Positions 21,637 to 31,068 are shown, counted from the first letter of the stretch. The stretch is DNA of 64,000 nucleotides from Nitrososphaeria archaeon (GCA_049969935.1 JBMFNX010000002.1:5789-69788); one strand, 5' to 3'. Made by a program: numbers and translations. Notes: generated by a model from the sequence alone, not told the origin.

Positions 21637-22583
21637 ACTTGTCTGACATAAAGATTGGTGTCGTAGGTATAGGGGGATGGGGTAAAAATCATGTTAGAGT
21701 ATTAAATGAGCTTAGAGTTTTAGAAGCAGTATGTGATTTGAATGAGGAAAGGGTTAAGGAGTTTTCTAGAAAGTATGAAGTTGATGGTTACACAGATTTA
21801 GACAAGTTTCTTGAACATGGGTTGGATGGAGTAATTGTCAGCACACCTACAAAAACACATTATGAAATTGCATTAAAATCTATTGAGAAGGGGCTTCATG
21901 TTCTCGTGGAAAAACCTTTTACATACAATGTTGATGAGGGAGAAAAGTTGGTGAGGAGGGCTAGGGAGAAAAATGTGATATTAACTGTTGGATTTATTGA
22001 AAGATTCAATCCAGCGATAAGAGAAGCTAAAAGGCTGGTTTCGAATGGAATTATTGGTTCACCTTTATACCTCTTGTTTGCAAGAGAAAACCGGTGGCCA
22101 GTACACATTATTGATGTTGGAGTAGTCTTGGATACATCAATACATGATATAGACCTGTCAAGATGGTTTTTCGAAGAAGAGCCTATGATGGTTTTTGCCC
22201 GAATGGGAGCCTTTGGAACAGAACATGAGAGGGTGTCCGCTCTCGTTTTAGGATTTTCGAAAGAAAAAACTTCATTAATCATATCTAATTGGATAACACC
22301 AAAAAAGGTTAGGGAATTGGAGATTGTAGGCGAAAATGGGACAATATCACTAGATTTCATTACACAGCAAATTAAAATAGATCTAGAGGACAGGACAGAT
22401 ATACCTCGAACAAGGTATGAGGAACCACTATTACTTGAGCTAAAGCATTTTATAGAATGCATAAATGGGACAAGAGAGCCTGAAGTTATTGGCGAAGACG
22501 GGGTTAAGGCAACTAAAATAGCGCATGCCGCATTAGCTTCAAATAAGCTTGGTTCAGCAATATTTATACATTTAGAAAAATAG
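21633..22583 (+). CDS. Gfo/Idh/MocA oxidoreductase (WbpB/WlbA-like)
   Basis: GIGGWG..H, EKP, GFIERFNPA, D..IHDID motifs. Confidence 0.92.
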   Translation: MNLSDIKIGVVGIGGWGKNHVRVLNELRVLEAVCDLNEERVKEFSRKYEVDGYTDLDKFLEHGLDGVIVSTPTKTHYEIALKSIEKGLHVLVEKPFTYNVDEGEKLVRRAREKNVILTVGFIERFNPAIREAKRLVSNGIIGSPLYLLFARENRWPVHIIDVGVVLDTSIHDIDLSRWFFEEEPMMVFARMGAFGTEHERVSALVLGFSKEKTSLIISNWITPKKVRELEIVGENGTISLDFITQQIKIDLEDRTDIPRTRYEEPLLLELKHFIECINGTREPEVIGEDGVKATKIAHAALASNKLGSAIFIHLEK

Positions 22584-22594
22584 TGATTATGTAA

Positions 22595-23092
22595 ATGTCG
22601 CTAGATAAGCCTATCAATTATATTGGAAAAAACGTTAAAATTGGCAAGAACGTGAAAATCTGGCATTTCACGTACATTGGAGACAATACTGTAATAGGAG
22701 ATAATGTCATGATAGGATCCCTCTGCCACATAGACTATAATGTGAGAATCGGAGACAATGTTAGAATAGAGGGTTCATGCTATATACCACCATTGACTGT
22801 GATAGGAAATAATGTCTTTATTGGGCCTGCGACAGTGTTTACAAACGACCCCTATCCGCCAAGCAAGCGTCTAACTGGCGTGATAGTAGAAGATTATGTT
22901 GTAATAGGTGCACGATCAGTTATTAAGGCAGGAGTAAGGTTGGGGAGAGCATGTGTAATTGGAATGGGCTCTGTTGTAACAAAAAATGTTCCACCCAACA
23001 CAGTTGTATTAGGAAATCCCGCGAAACCAGTTTATAACAGAGAAGAATATGAGAGGAAAAAAAGTTGTTGGGAGAATCAGATAACTATTTAA
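22595..23092 (+). CDS. Hexapeptide-repeat N-acetyltransferase (WbpD/WlbB-like)
   Basis: Left-handed beta-helix repeats, IWHF, FTNDPYP, GNPAK. Confidence 0.9.
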   Translation: MSLDKPINYIGKNVKIGKNVKIWHFTYIGDNTVIGDNVMIGSLCHIDYNVRIGDNVRIEGSCYIPPLTVIGNNVFIGPATVFTNDPYPPSKRLTGVIVEDYVVIGARSVIKAGVRLGRACVIGMGSVVTKNVPPNTVVLGNPAKPVYNREEYERKKSCWENQITI

Positions 23093-23321
23093 AGATACTT
23101 TTACTGGCAATATAATTTCTTAGCAGAAGTAGAGATAAAAGCCATAGAATGAAGAGGATTGCTGAAAGCAGAACCTTAAGTACACCCACTATAAATCGGT
23201 CAAAGAACGTATTAGATAATATAGGAAATGGTACAATAACTATAAAAATTACATAAGATAATAGAATTAGTGTAGCCCAAGCGAATGTGACCAGAAAAAT
23301 TAGGCGTGTAAAGTTATTCAA
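23085..23321 (-). CDS. Small hypothetical membrane protein
   Basis: 78 aa, two TM helices, 3 nt downstream of the MraY/GPT-family gene. Confidence 0.6.
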   Translation of the reverse strand: MNNFTRLIFLVTFAWATLILLSYVIFIVIVPFPILSNTFFDRFIVGVLKVLLSAILFILWLLSLLLLRNYIASKSIFK

Positions 23322-23324
23322 TTT

Positions 23325-24308
23325 TCACCATCTCATTAGCATAGCGGTAATAATTGAAAGTAGGGCGCTGTACAAGAAGAGTAAAATTATACGTTTTGAT
23401 GCAACCCATTCTGGCATAGGGCCATCGGCAACAATAAGCCTTGCTAAAGTTACTGGAGCGGTCTTACTTTTAGAAACTTCAAGTAGGCCTTCCTCATTTA
23501 AAATGACTGGCCTTTCCTTTATACGCCTATGCTCAACAAACCCCTTTATACTTGCAAGTATATAGAAGCCATTCAATATTGCTGGAACAAAGGCGACAAG
23601 AGAAGGGATTTCAGTTCTAGTTATTATAGTACTTGCACCAAAGAATGAGCCTAGAACAAGACTTCCTGAGTCACCGGCAAAAATTTTAGAAGGATACCTG
23701 TTAAATATGAAAAATGCAAATGATGTCATAAAAAGTGTTAAGGGAAAGATAGCTTGTTCAAGATTTCTGCATATAAATGCTATTATAATGAACTGTGAAA
23801 TAGATAAGAGCATGCATGCGCCACCAAGAGTGCCATTGTATACATCAACCATATTTACAGCATTAGAGACAACAGGAATTGTTAGAAGCACTATGATAGG
23901 GTATACGATAGTTAATCTCGTAGGCCCAAAGAATGGGAATATTATTGATGGAGTATATACTCTAAAGACAAGTAGTGGAAGTGAACCTAAAACTGTTAAT
24001 ACCATTTTTAATGAACCACTTAACACTTTTAGATCATCGATTAAACCGATTACAAAAACTATTAAAGTTGTTAAAAATATTGCAAGATATTTCATGTCTA
24101 AGGTTAGAAGATAGAGAATAATCATGGGAGAAGCGAGACCTAAGAAGATCGCTGGCCCAGCTGGCTTAGGAATCATTCTATGATCCTTTTTATGGAAGTC
24201 GACAACAACCATTTTTCGTTTAACTAGGAATGGAATAAGTAATATTATAGTTAAGGAGGTGACCGCAAATGATATTATGGGTAAAAGAAAGTATATTGTT
24301 GACAGCAA
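23325..24308 (-). CDS. MraY/GPT family UDP-GlcNAc:dolichol-phosphate GlcNAc-1-phosphate transferase (AglH-like)
   Basis: D.HK, GLIDD, NAVNMVD.YNG, FNRYPSKIFAGDSG motifs, many TM helices. Confidence 0.9.
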   Translation of the reverse strand: MLSTIYFLLPIISFAVTSLTIILLIPFLVKRKMVVVDFHKKDHRMIPKPAGPAIFLGLASPMIILYLLTLDMKYLAIFLTTLIVFVIGLIDDLKVLSGSLKMVLTVLGSLPLLVFRVYTPSIIFPFFGPTRLTIVYPIIVLLTIPVVSNAVNMVDVYNGTLGGACMLLSISQFIIIAFICRNLEQAIFPLTLFMTSFAFFIFNRYPSKIFAGDSGSLVLGSFFGASTIITRTEIPSLVAFVPAILNGFYILASIKGFVEHRRIKERPVILNEEGLLEVSKSKTAPVTLARLIVADGPMPEWVASKRIILLFLYSALLSIITAMLMRW

Positions 24309-24349
24309 TTTTCTTCCAGCTTTAGGTTTAAATTCTAGACTTAAAAAAG

Positions 24350-25402
24350 ATGGTGCTAGAGAAGATGAAACATATAGAGTGGAAGGGGGGCTCTTTAAAA
24401 ATATTAGACCAGAGAAAGTTGCCTGGAAAAATAGAATACGCGTACCTTAGGGATCTTGAAGAATTTTATCAAGCGATTGTTAAAATGAAGGTTAGAGGAG
24501 CGCCTTTAATAGGAATTGTGGGAGCTTTTGCTGTAGCAGCTCTAGCTCAGAAGATCGACTCAAAAAGTAGGGAGGAGTTTTTAAAAGAAATTGAAAGGGG
24601 TGCTGAATATATTTTGAGCACGAGGCCGACCGCATACAATCTAAAATATTGTGTAAACACTGTCCTTAGAAGAATTAGTGAGTGCTGGAAAGTAGAGGAT
24701 ATGAGAAAGGTAGCATTAGAAGAGGCGCAGAAATTATTTGATATGGAGAAAGAAAATAGTATAAGAATAGGAGAGTATGGTGAAGAACTTTTAAATGATG
24801 GAGACACAGTTTTGACACATTGCAATGCTGGCGAACTTGCTACAGTTGCCTATGGCACCGCTCTAGCACCAATAAGGATAGCATGTGAAAAGAAAAAGTG
24901 TATTTACGTGATAGTTACTGAGACGAGGCCGGCGCAGCAGGGTGCAAGATTAACTTCTTGGGAACTTTTGAAGGCAAAAATACCTGTAACGGTCATAGCT
25001 GATACAGCTGTTGGACATGTAATGTCTAAGGGTATGGTGGACAAAGTTATTGTTGGAGCGGATAGGATAACTAGAGAAGGATATGTCTTTAACAAAATAG
25101 GAACATACCAGATTGCTGTACTTGCTAAAAAACATAATATACCATTTTATGTCGCAGCACCAACTTCAACCTTCGACCCAAACATAGATCATGAGAAAGT
25201 TGTTATAGAGGAGAGAGGTGCTGATGAAATAGTATTTGTTGGAGGAAAGAGGATTGTTGCCAGAGGAGTTAGAGTATATAATCCAGTTTTTGATAAAACA
25301 CCTCCAGACCTTATTGACGCCATAGTAACTGAAAATGGTATACTTTATCCTCCATTCGAAAAAAGTATAAGTACATTATTTTCTGAACAAAAACTATGTT
25401 AG
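24350..25402 (+). CDS. mtnA: S-methyl-5-thioribose-1-phosphate isomerase (eIF-2B family)
   Basis: LDQRKLP, VRGAP, RPTA.NL, THCNAG.LAT..YGTA, ETRP..QG, NKIGTY motifs. Confidence 0.93.
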   Translation: MVLEKMKHIEWKGGSLKILDQRKLPGKIEYAYLRDLEEFYQAIVKMKVRGAPLIGIVGAFAVAALAQKIDSKSREEFLKEIERGAEYILSTRPTAYNLKYCVNTVLRRISECWKVEDMRKVALEEAQKLFDMEKENSIRIGEYGEELLNDGDTVLTHCNAGELATVAYGTALAPIRIACEKKKCIYVIVTETRPAQQGARLTSWELLKAKIPVTVIADTAVGHVMSKGMVDKVIVGADRITREGYVFNKIGTYQIAVLAKKHNIPFYVAAPTSTFDPNIDHEKVVIEERGADEIVFVGGKRIVARGVRVYNPVFDKTPPDLIDAIVTENGILYPPFEKSISTLFSEQKLC

Positions 25403-25406
25403 GAAT

Positions 25407-25482
25407 GGGCTCGTGGCCTAGAATGGACTAAGGCATCGGCCTTCGGAGCCGAAGATCGTGGGTTCAAGTCCCACCGAGCCCG
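25407..25482 (+). tRNA. tRNA-Arg(UCG)
   Basis: GGGCTCG...TCGGC-CT-TCG-GA-GCCGA...GTTCAAGT...CGAGCCC-G cloverleaf. Confidence 0.97.
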
Positions 25483-25513
25483 TCTTACAATAAAATTTTG
25501 TTCACTAAGCTTT

Positions 25514-26554
25514 TTATTGAGACCTACACTTATTTAATGCAACTTTAACTATGTCATTTAATACTGCTTGAGCTGTTTGGCGTGGACTTACAAATTTTGC
25601 TGAAACAAATATTTCTTGAGAGTTTTTAAAATAGAATTTAACCGCCATGTCACCATAGTTTACTGTGGAAAATGGATCACTTGATGATATCATTTTTGGA
25701 GAAACTTGTAAAGAAATGTGACCACCTTCTTTTATTATTTCACATAAGAGTTTAACTTTCTTACCCTGTTTCTTTGCTTCTTCAATTAATGGTTCTATCT
25801 TCCTTATCCCCTCTATTTTCACATCCTTTAATTTAAAGTCGCTATCGAATATTGTATTAGCAAGTATGACAACCTTTCTTGCAGCGTCTACACCGTCCAC
25901 GTCGTCGGCATAGTTTGTTTCAGCCCAACCAGCATTTATTGCTTTATCCAATGCCTCTTGAAAAGAATTTCCTTTCTCCATTTCACATATTATAAAGTTT
26001 GTTGTAGCATTAAATATGCCTTCAACCTTTAATATTTCGTCAGTTAAAAAGCATGATGAGAGAAGACAAAAGATTGGTACATGCGCTGCAACCGTCGCTT
26101 CATATAGAAAATTAACATTATTTTCTATCGACATATTTTTAAGTTGCTTAAAGGCTACAACAAGAGGACCCTTATTTGCTGTAACAACATGTTTTTTAAG
26201 CATAAATGCCGTTTTAATGTGAGAAAGACCTGGTTCACCGTCATTAGTGGACGGTGTTAGTTCAACAACAATGTCACTATCAATATCCTTTATCGCTTTA
26301 ACAGCAGAATATCCTTTAAGATAGTATGTGTAACCGTTCCAGCCCACATTTTTATATTTTAAGACATCCGATACATTTAACCCATTTTCATCTACTGCCG
26401 TGCCTTTAGAATCTGATACCGACACAAACTTTAGATTTACCCCCATGTTTTCAAGTCTTTGACCTTCGTCTAGAACCAGTTCAAGTAAATTTTTTCCAAC
26501 ATTACCTAAGCCAATTAACTGGACCTTCATATAGAAGGGCCAACATAAAACCAT
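25514..26554 (-). CDS. hom: Homoserine dehydrogenase (start probably MKVQL at about 26530)
   Basis: GLGNVG, VVTANKGP, YEATV, GIFNATTNFI, DVDGVDAARK motifs. Confidence 0.9.
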   Translation of the reverse strand: MVLCWPFYMKVQLIGLGNVGKNLLELVLDEGQRLENMGVNLKFVSVSDSKGTAVDENGLNVSDVLKYKNVGWNGYTYYLKGYSAVKAIKDIDSDIVVELTPSTNDGEPGLSHIKTAFMLKKHVVTANKGPLVVAFKQLKNMSIENNVNFLYEATVAAHVPIFCLLSSCFLTDEILKVEGIFNATTNFIICEMEKGNSFQEALDKAINAGWAETNYADDVDGVDAARKVVILANTIFDSDFKLKDVKIEGIRKIEPLIEEAKKQGKKVKLLCEIIKEGGHISLQVSPKMISSSDPFSTVNYGDMAVKFYFKNSQEIFVSAKFVSPRQTAQAVLNDIVKVALNKCRSQ

Positions 26555-26614
26555 TATTTAAGGTCTATGGGCAACTTAGACATAAAAAGGAATTAAACTT
26601 CTATTTTTATTTAG

Positions 26615-26699
26615 TGCGGGGGGTGGGATTTGAACCCACGAACCCCTACGGGACAGGAGCCTCAGTCCTGCGCCTTTGACCTGGCTTGGCAACCCCCGC
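26615..26699 (-). tRNA. tRNA-Leu(GAG)
   Basis: Reverse complement GCGGGGG..CAGGA-CT-GAG-GC-TCCTG, long variable arm, GTTCAAAT, CCCCCGC-A. Confidence 0.97.
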
Positions 26700-27114
26700 G
26701 ATTGTTTTTAGGTATTGTTTTTTGTTTTTTAATATTTTTCCTTTCTTCCGCTTCCTTAAATAGTTGTTCCACTGTGCTAATTAAGAGTTTCTGCTTACGC
26801 TTTATCTCCCTTCTTGTTACTGTTTGAGCTGATGGACAAAGTTGGTCAACAATTGCTGTATGCTTTTGTATGTCATAAATTATTGGATATAGTTTGCAAC
26901 CTATAGGCCTATTATCGTATATGATACATTTCTTTTCAAAATCATTATAAAATATGCAAGATCCTTTCCTATTTTTTAATTTTGCAAACCCATTTGAATC
27001 ATATTTTACAAACATTTTCTTTTTGAAACCAAGCTTCTCTATTCTTCTTATATCGTCTTGAGTAAGTTGCATCCGTGTATGAATACAGCATTTACCGCAT
27101 CTAATGCAGTTCAT
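26662..27114 (-). CDS. YkgJ/CxxCxxCC family cysteine-cluster protein; 3' end overlaps tRNA-Leu
   Basis: CIRCGKCC..CIF..CIIY..RP..CKLYP motif set. Confidence 0.85.
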   Translation of the reverse strand: MNCIRCGKCCIHTRMQLTQDDIRRIEKLGFKKKMFVKYDSNGFAKLKNRKGSCIFYNDFEKKCIIYDNRPIGCKLYPIIYDIQKHTAIVDQLCPSAQTVTRREIKRKQKLLISTVEQLFKEAEERKNIKKQKTIPKNNRGGCQARSKAQD

Positions 27115-27175
27115 TGTCTAATATTGGGTTAAAAATTTTGATATAGTTTACGTCACTAATTTAACTATAATTTGA

Positions 27176-27248
27176 AGCCCCGGGCGGGGGTTGAACCCGC
27201 GGCCTATTGCTTACGAGGCAATCGCTCTACCAGCTGAGCTACCGGGGC
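27176..27248 (-). tRNA. tRNA-Thr(CGU)
   Basis: Reverse complement GCCCCGG..ATTGC-CT-CGT-AA-GCAAT..GCGGGTTCAACCCCCGC-CCGGGGC-T. Confidence 0.95.
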
Positions 27249-27339
27249 ACCTAGACCACAGAGTATTTGTTTGTTATTGTTTAAAATTTTATTTAATTCA
27301 TAATTTATAGTTTATGCTGGTGTCTGGTGTGAAAGTGTA

Positions 27340-28302
27340 ATGGTTGATGAGTTAACTGTTATTAACATGTTTTTAGAAGTTTTGGGACAACCGAGGAGAC
27401 TTTTTTCTTATATTGGTGATGATGTTGCATGGACCAAGAAGGCTGTTAAGAGGGATAAGTTTGTTATTAAGGTAGATATGCTTGTAGGTAAGACTGACAT
27501 GCCAAGAGGAATGACTTTACGTCAGGCTGCAAGAAAAAGTGTGGTCGCTTGTGTAAGTGATTTTGCATGTAAGGGTGTGAAGCCATGGGGTGCGCTTGTT
27601 TCATTGGGTCTTCCTAAGGGGTTTAATGAGGAGCAAGTTCTTGAGATAGTGAATGGGTTTAAAGATGCAAGAAATGAATTCGATATAGAAATAGTTGGTG
27701 GAGATACTAATGAGGCATCTGATCTTATAATTGACTGTATAATGTTTGGTTGGGGAAAGAATGTAATTAGAAGAGATGGAGCCGATGCTGATGAATATGT
27801 TTTGGTCACAGGAGATTTTGGACTGCCACCTTTAGGATTAGATATTTTGAGTGGAAAGAAAAAAATTAGGAGTCCCAGATTGGTGGAGAAGGCTCTAGAG
27901 ACCGTTTTATATCCTAAGCCAAGATTAAACTTTGGTTTAGTTGCATGCAACCGGAAGCTAGTTACAGCCTCAATAGATTCAAGTGACGGCTTAGCTCTTT
28001 CACTGTATGAGATAGCGGAGCATAGTCGCGTGGACGTACTTTTATACGAACTTCCTATTAACGACAATCTCAAAAATTATGGCGAACTGTCTGAAGAAGA
28101 GAAGAGGGAATACACTTTATATGGGGGAGAAGAGTATGAAATTGTTTTCACATGCAAGCCTAAAGATGCCCAAAAAATATTGAAAGTAGGCGAAGAAACA
28201 GACACGCCAATTAAGATTATTGGTAGAACTGTTGACGGAAGTGGTAAAGTATATTTTAAAGGAGAAGTGGTAGAGAAAAAAGGATGGATTCACTTCAAAT
28301 AA
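27340..28302 (+). CDS. thiL: Thiamine-monophosphate kinase
   Basis: IGDDVA, SDFACKG, VGGDT, DSSDGL, GGEEYE, GW.HF motifs. Confidence 0.93.
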   Translation: MVDELTVINMFLEVLGQPRRLFSYIGDDVAWTKKAVKRDKFVIKVDMLVGKTDMPRGMTLRQAARKSVVACVSDFACKGVKPWGALVSLGLPKGFNEEQVLEIVNGFKDARNEFDIEIVGGDTNEASDLIIDCIMFGWGKNVIRRDGADADEYVLVTGDFGLPPLGLDILSGKKKIRSPRLVEKALETVLYPKPRLNFGLVACNRKLVTASIDSSDGLALSLYEIAEHSRVDVLLYELPINDNLKNYGELSEEEKREYTLYGGEEYEIVFTCKPKDAQKILKVGEETDTPIKIIGRTVDGSGKVYFKGEVVEKKGWIHFK

Positions 28303-28370
28303 TATAGGTCTTGTCAAACGAAAAGAGAAACATTTTTATCTCATTAAATGAAAGCTTATAGTGAGACAGT

Positions 28371-28556
28371 ATGTCTTCTAAGACTTATACCACTGGCCAA
28401 ACATGGGGCGCCTTAAAAAAGGCGTGGAAAGCTTACAAAATCGCTAAGGTACAAAATGATAGAGAAAAAATGCTGGAATACGCTAAAAGGATACGGACAC
28501 TACAGGAAGAACTTGGTGTAGAAAAGGCGAAGTTCCCAGACCTTGGACTAACATAG
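28371..28556 (+). CDS. Small basic hypothetical protein (61 aa)
   Basis: Clean ORF with typical codon usage and its own upstream AT-rich promoter; YTTGQTWGALKKAWKAYKIAK resembles a small thaumarchaeal-type family (from memory). Confidence 0.75.
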   Translation: MSSKTYTTGQTWGALKKAWKAYKIAKVQNDREKMLEYAKRIRTLQEELGVEKAKFPDLGLT

Positions 28557-28661
28557 GGCGCCCACCCCCATTTTATTTTTTAAAAAATAACTTTTGAAAT
28601 GCTCTATTAGATAAAATATTTTAACAGAAAATTTTAAAGGTTTGAATTGAAGCTCTAGAGT

Positions 28662-28736
28662 GGGCTCGTAGCTCAGTATGGATAGAGCACAGGCCCTCTA
28701 AGCCTGGGGTCGGGGGTTCAAATCCCCTCGGGCCCG
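28662..28736 (+). tRNA. tRNA-Arg(UCU) with non-canonical C33
   Basis: GGGCTCG..CAGGC-CC-TCT-AA-GCCTG..GGGGGTTCAAATCCCCT-CGGGCCC-G. Confidence 0.9.
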
Positions 28737-28844
28737 CTTAATAATTTACTACCTTCTTAAATCATTAATTTCATTGTTAACATTATTCTTTTTTTACTTT
28801 AGTGCAATATTATCAAAAATATTGAGTTTTTATGTGTATAGGGA

Positions 28845-28923
28845 TGGTGGGGTCGGTGGGATTTGAACCCACGTCCGCGCGGGCCCAAGCCGCGCAGCGT
28901 AGACCAGACTGGCCCACGACCCC
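28845..28923 (-). tRNA. tRNA-Pro(UGG), CCA encoded
   Basis: Reverse complement GGGGTCG..CGCGG-CT-TGG-GC-CCGCG..GTGGGTTCAAATCCCAC-CGACCCC-A-CCA. Confidence 0.93.
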
Positions 28924-29005
28924 ATGTTTAGGTTCGTTTTCACTTTTTTATTAATTTTTTAAAAATGTTTTTTAGGTTGAAGAAATTAAATGTTGGGGAT
29001 GCTGA

Positions 29006-31063
29006 ATGTATGGGGACGTGATCGATTTCGAAACACTTTATTCAGCCCTTGGCTCAAATGAGCGATTAAGCATTTTGAATGAATTAAATAAAAGTGGGCC
29101 TCTTTCTTATACACAGTTAAAAAATAATTGTGGGTTCGTGAAGAAGAGGGAGTCTGGCAGATTTGCATATCATTTGCGATTACTAACCTCTGTCAATCTT
29201 ATTTCATTAAATAAGAATACTAAGAAGTATAGTTTGACACCTTTCGGTAGAACCGTTTTAGCGGCTACAAATGAGTTAAAAGAGGCGGCTTTACAGTTTT
29301 CTGGAAAAATATATGTTAGAACATCCAAGCATAAGATTGAAGAGTTTGATAGTAATAAAATTTATCAATCATTAATTAGGGAGGCGAATGTTCCCCGCGA
29401 TTTGGCTTCAAAAATTACGGCTGAGGCTGAGGCACGGATAAGTAAATTAGAGAATGTCCATTTGACAGCACCATTGATAAGGGAATTCGTGAACTCTATA
29501 CTTGTTGAGAAAGGATTAGATGAATATCGTAATAGGCTTACAAGATTAGGTTTGCCTGTAAAGGATGTTACAGATAAGATTACACAGATAGGGCTTTCTG
29601 AGGGAAATATTTCTTCCTTGAGGGAGGCGGCGGCTGATGCAGTCTTCACAGACTATCTTTTACTAACTCAAGTTAGTTCAGAAATTTTAGACATGCACCT
29701 TTCTGGAGAAATTAGTCTAATGAATACAGGATGCTGGGGTATTATGCCAGACAACATATTTTTTGACGCGCTAGCCTTCAGTTCCTTCGACATAAAATTT
29801 GGTTTAAAAGACCCGTTTCTTCCAAGAGAATATGGAAGAGAAAATATTAGTTTTACTAAGGCAGTTATATCTATAAATAAAATGCTTGAAAGCGTCTCAA
29901 GTGAAGTGTCTGTAGAAAATTTCATTGAATTTATGGAGTTGATGAAGAAAGTAGAGGGTGAGATAAGCTATAAAAGAGTCTATGAATTTCTTATTAACTC
30001 AATTTTGGGAATAAATCCTTTAGCTAACAACTTTTTAAGTCTCCAAATAAATTTAAAGGAAGAAAATAAAATAGATACATTAAAAATTTTTTGTGAAGCA
30101 TACTTAAAATATATTCAGGGGACATTAAGGTCTAGAATAAAACTAATCTTTAACATATTTGAAAAAGAGATATTTCTCCAGATTTTACCTTATATCCTCG
30201 ATATAATCGAGAGCGGAGGCAATGTAATGATCGTAGTAAAACCGACGGAAACAGTATCCTACCTAGGTATAAGAAAAAGCTTCTCCTCAAACGATATAGT
30301 TTCAGCAGGAACTATAATCTTACATTCATTGGCTGTTAATCTGCCACGTCTAGCATATGCTGGTACTGAAGAAACATTTCTAAAAAGTCTTTTAAAAATA
30401 AAGCTTCAGAAGGTACACGATGCTATAGAAACACGCAAAAATAATTTAATTGATCTCATGGAGAAAGAGATACTATATTTATATGAGTATAATAATGAAC
30501 TATTTTCTAAAAACTTCCTTTCAATAGTAAATTTGGTAGGATTGGATGAACTTGCAAAATTTGTTGCTTCACAAGATGAAGAGGAACAGAATAGAATATG
30601 GATAAAGTTTATGGAGTTTTCTAAGAAGGTATTAGAAGAATGTGGAAAAGGAGTTGGTTTAAGAGTTTTGCCAGCCGTCTACGTCGACGATTCTTCCAGA
30701 AGATTCTATGATATGGATAGAGAAAATATTCCGAAAGAGTTTATAGAGAAAATTGATACTGGAAGATATTCTCAAACACCCGTACTTGATATCAAGGACA
30801 TAGGTAATGAGAGCTTAATTAGAAGATTACAGTCGAGAATAGGAGCTACAGATGGAGGATACCATGTGATTTTAGATATTGGCACACAAGATGAAGACAG
30901 CTTATTAAAAGATTCAATAACAGAGGCAATCTCAAAATTGAGTGTGATAAAAATAAGGAAGAAAATGATTTCTTGCGCAACCTGTGGAACAAAAAGTATT
31001 CTTCAGTCAAGATGCCCTAAATGTGGATCAGCTAAAGTACTTGTCTTACAAACAGACAACTAG
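29006..31063 (+). CDS. wHTH + ATP-cone + degenerate class III ribonucleotide reductase (NrdD-like) fusion
   Basis: N-terminal ArsR-like wHTH (ESGRFAYHLR), ATP cone (VRTS...EEFD..KI..SL..EA...LIRE), HLSGEI, VNLPRLA, VGLDE, C-terminal CxxC..CPKCGS. Confidence 0.8.
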   Translation: MYGDVIDFETLYSALGSNERLSILNELNKSGPLSYTQLKNNCGFVKKRESGRFAYHLRLLTSVNLISLNKNTKKYSLTPFGRTVLAATNELKEAALQFSGKIYVRTSKHKIEEFDSNKIYQSLIREANVPRDLASKITAEAEARISKLENVHLTAPLIREFVNSILVEKGLDEYRNRLTRLGLPVKDVTDKITQIGLSEGNISSLREAAADAVFTDYLLLTQVSSEILDMHLSGEISLMNTGCWGIMPDNIFFDALAFSSFDIKFGLKDPFLPREYGRENISFTKAVISINKMLESVSSEVSVENFIEFMELMKKVEGEISYKRVYEFLINSILGINPLANNFLSLQINLKEENKIDTLKIFCEAYLKYIQGTLRSRIKLIFNIFEKEIFLQILPYILDIIESGGNVMIVVKPTETVSYLGIRKSFSSNDIVSAGTIILHSLAVNLPRLAYAGTEETFLKSLLKIKLQKVHDAIETRKNNLIDLMEKEILYLYEYNNELFSKNFLSIVNLVGLDELAKFVASQDEEEQNRIWIKFMEFSKKVLEECGKGVGLRVLPAVYVDDSSRRFYDMDRENIPKEFIEKIDTGRYSQTPVLDIKDIGNESLIRRLQSRIGATDGGYHVILDIGTQDEDSLLKDSITEAISKLSVIKIRKKMISCATCGTKSILQSRCPKCGSAKVLVLQTDN

Positions 31064-31068
31064 TTAGA

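Noticed and set aside
28690..28706. Reading the tRNA at 28662 as a CUA amber suppressor
   Set aside because: The CAGGC/GCCTG stem fixes a 7-nt loop centred on TCT; shifting to CTA breaks the stem
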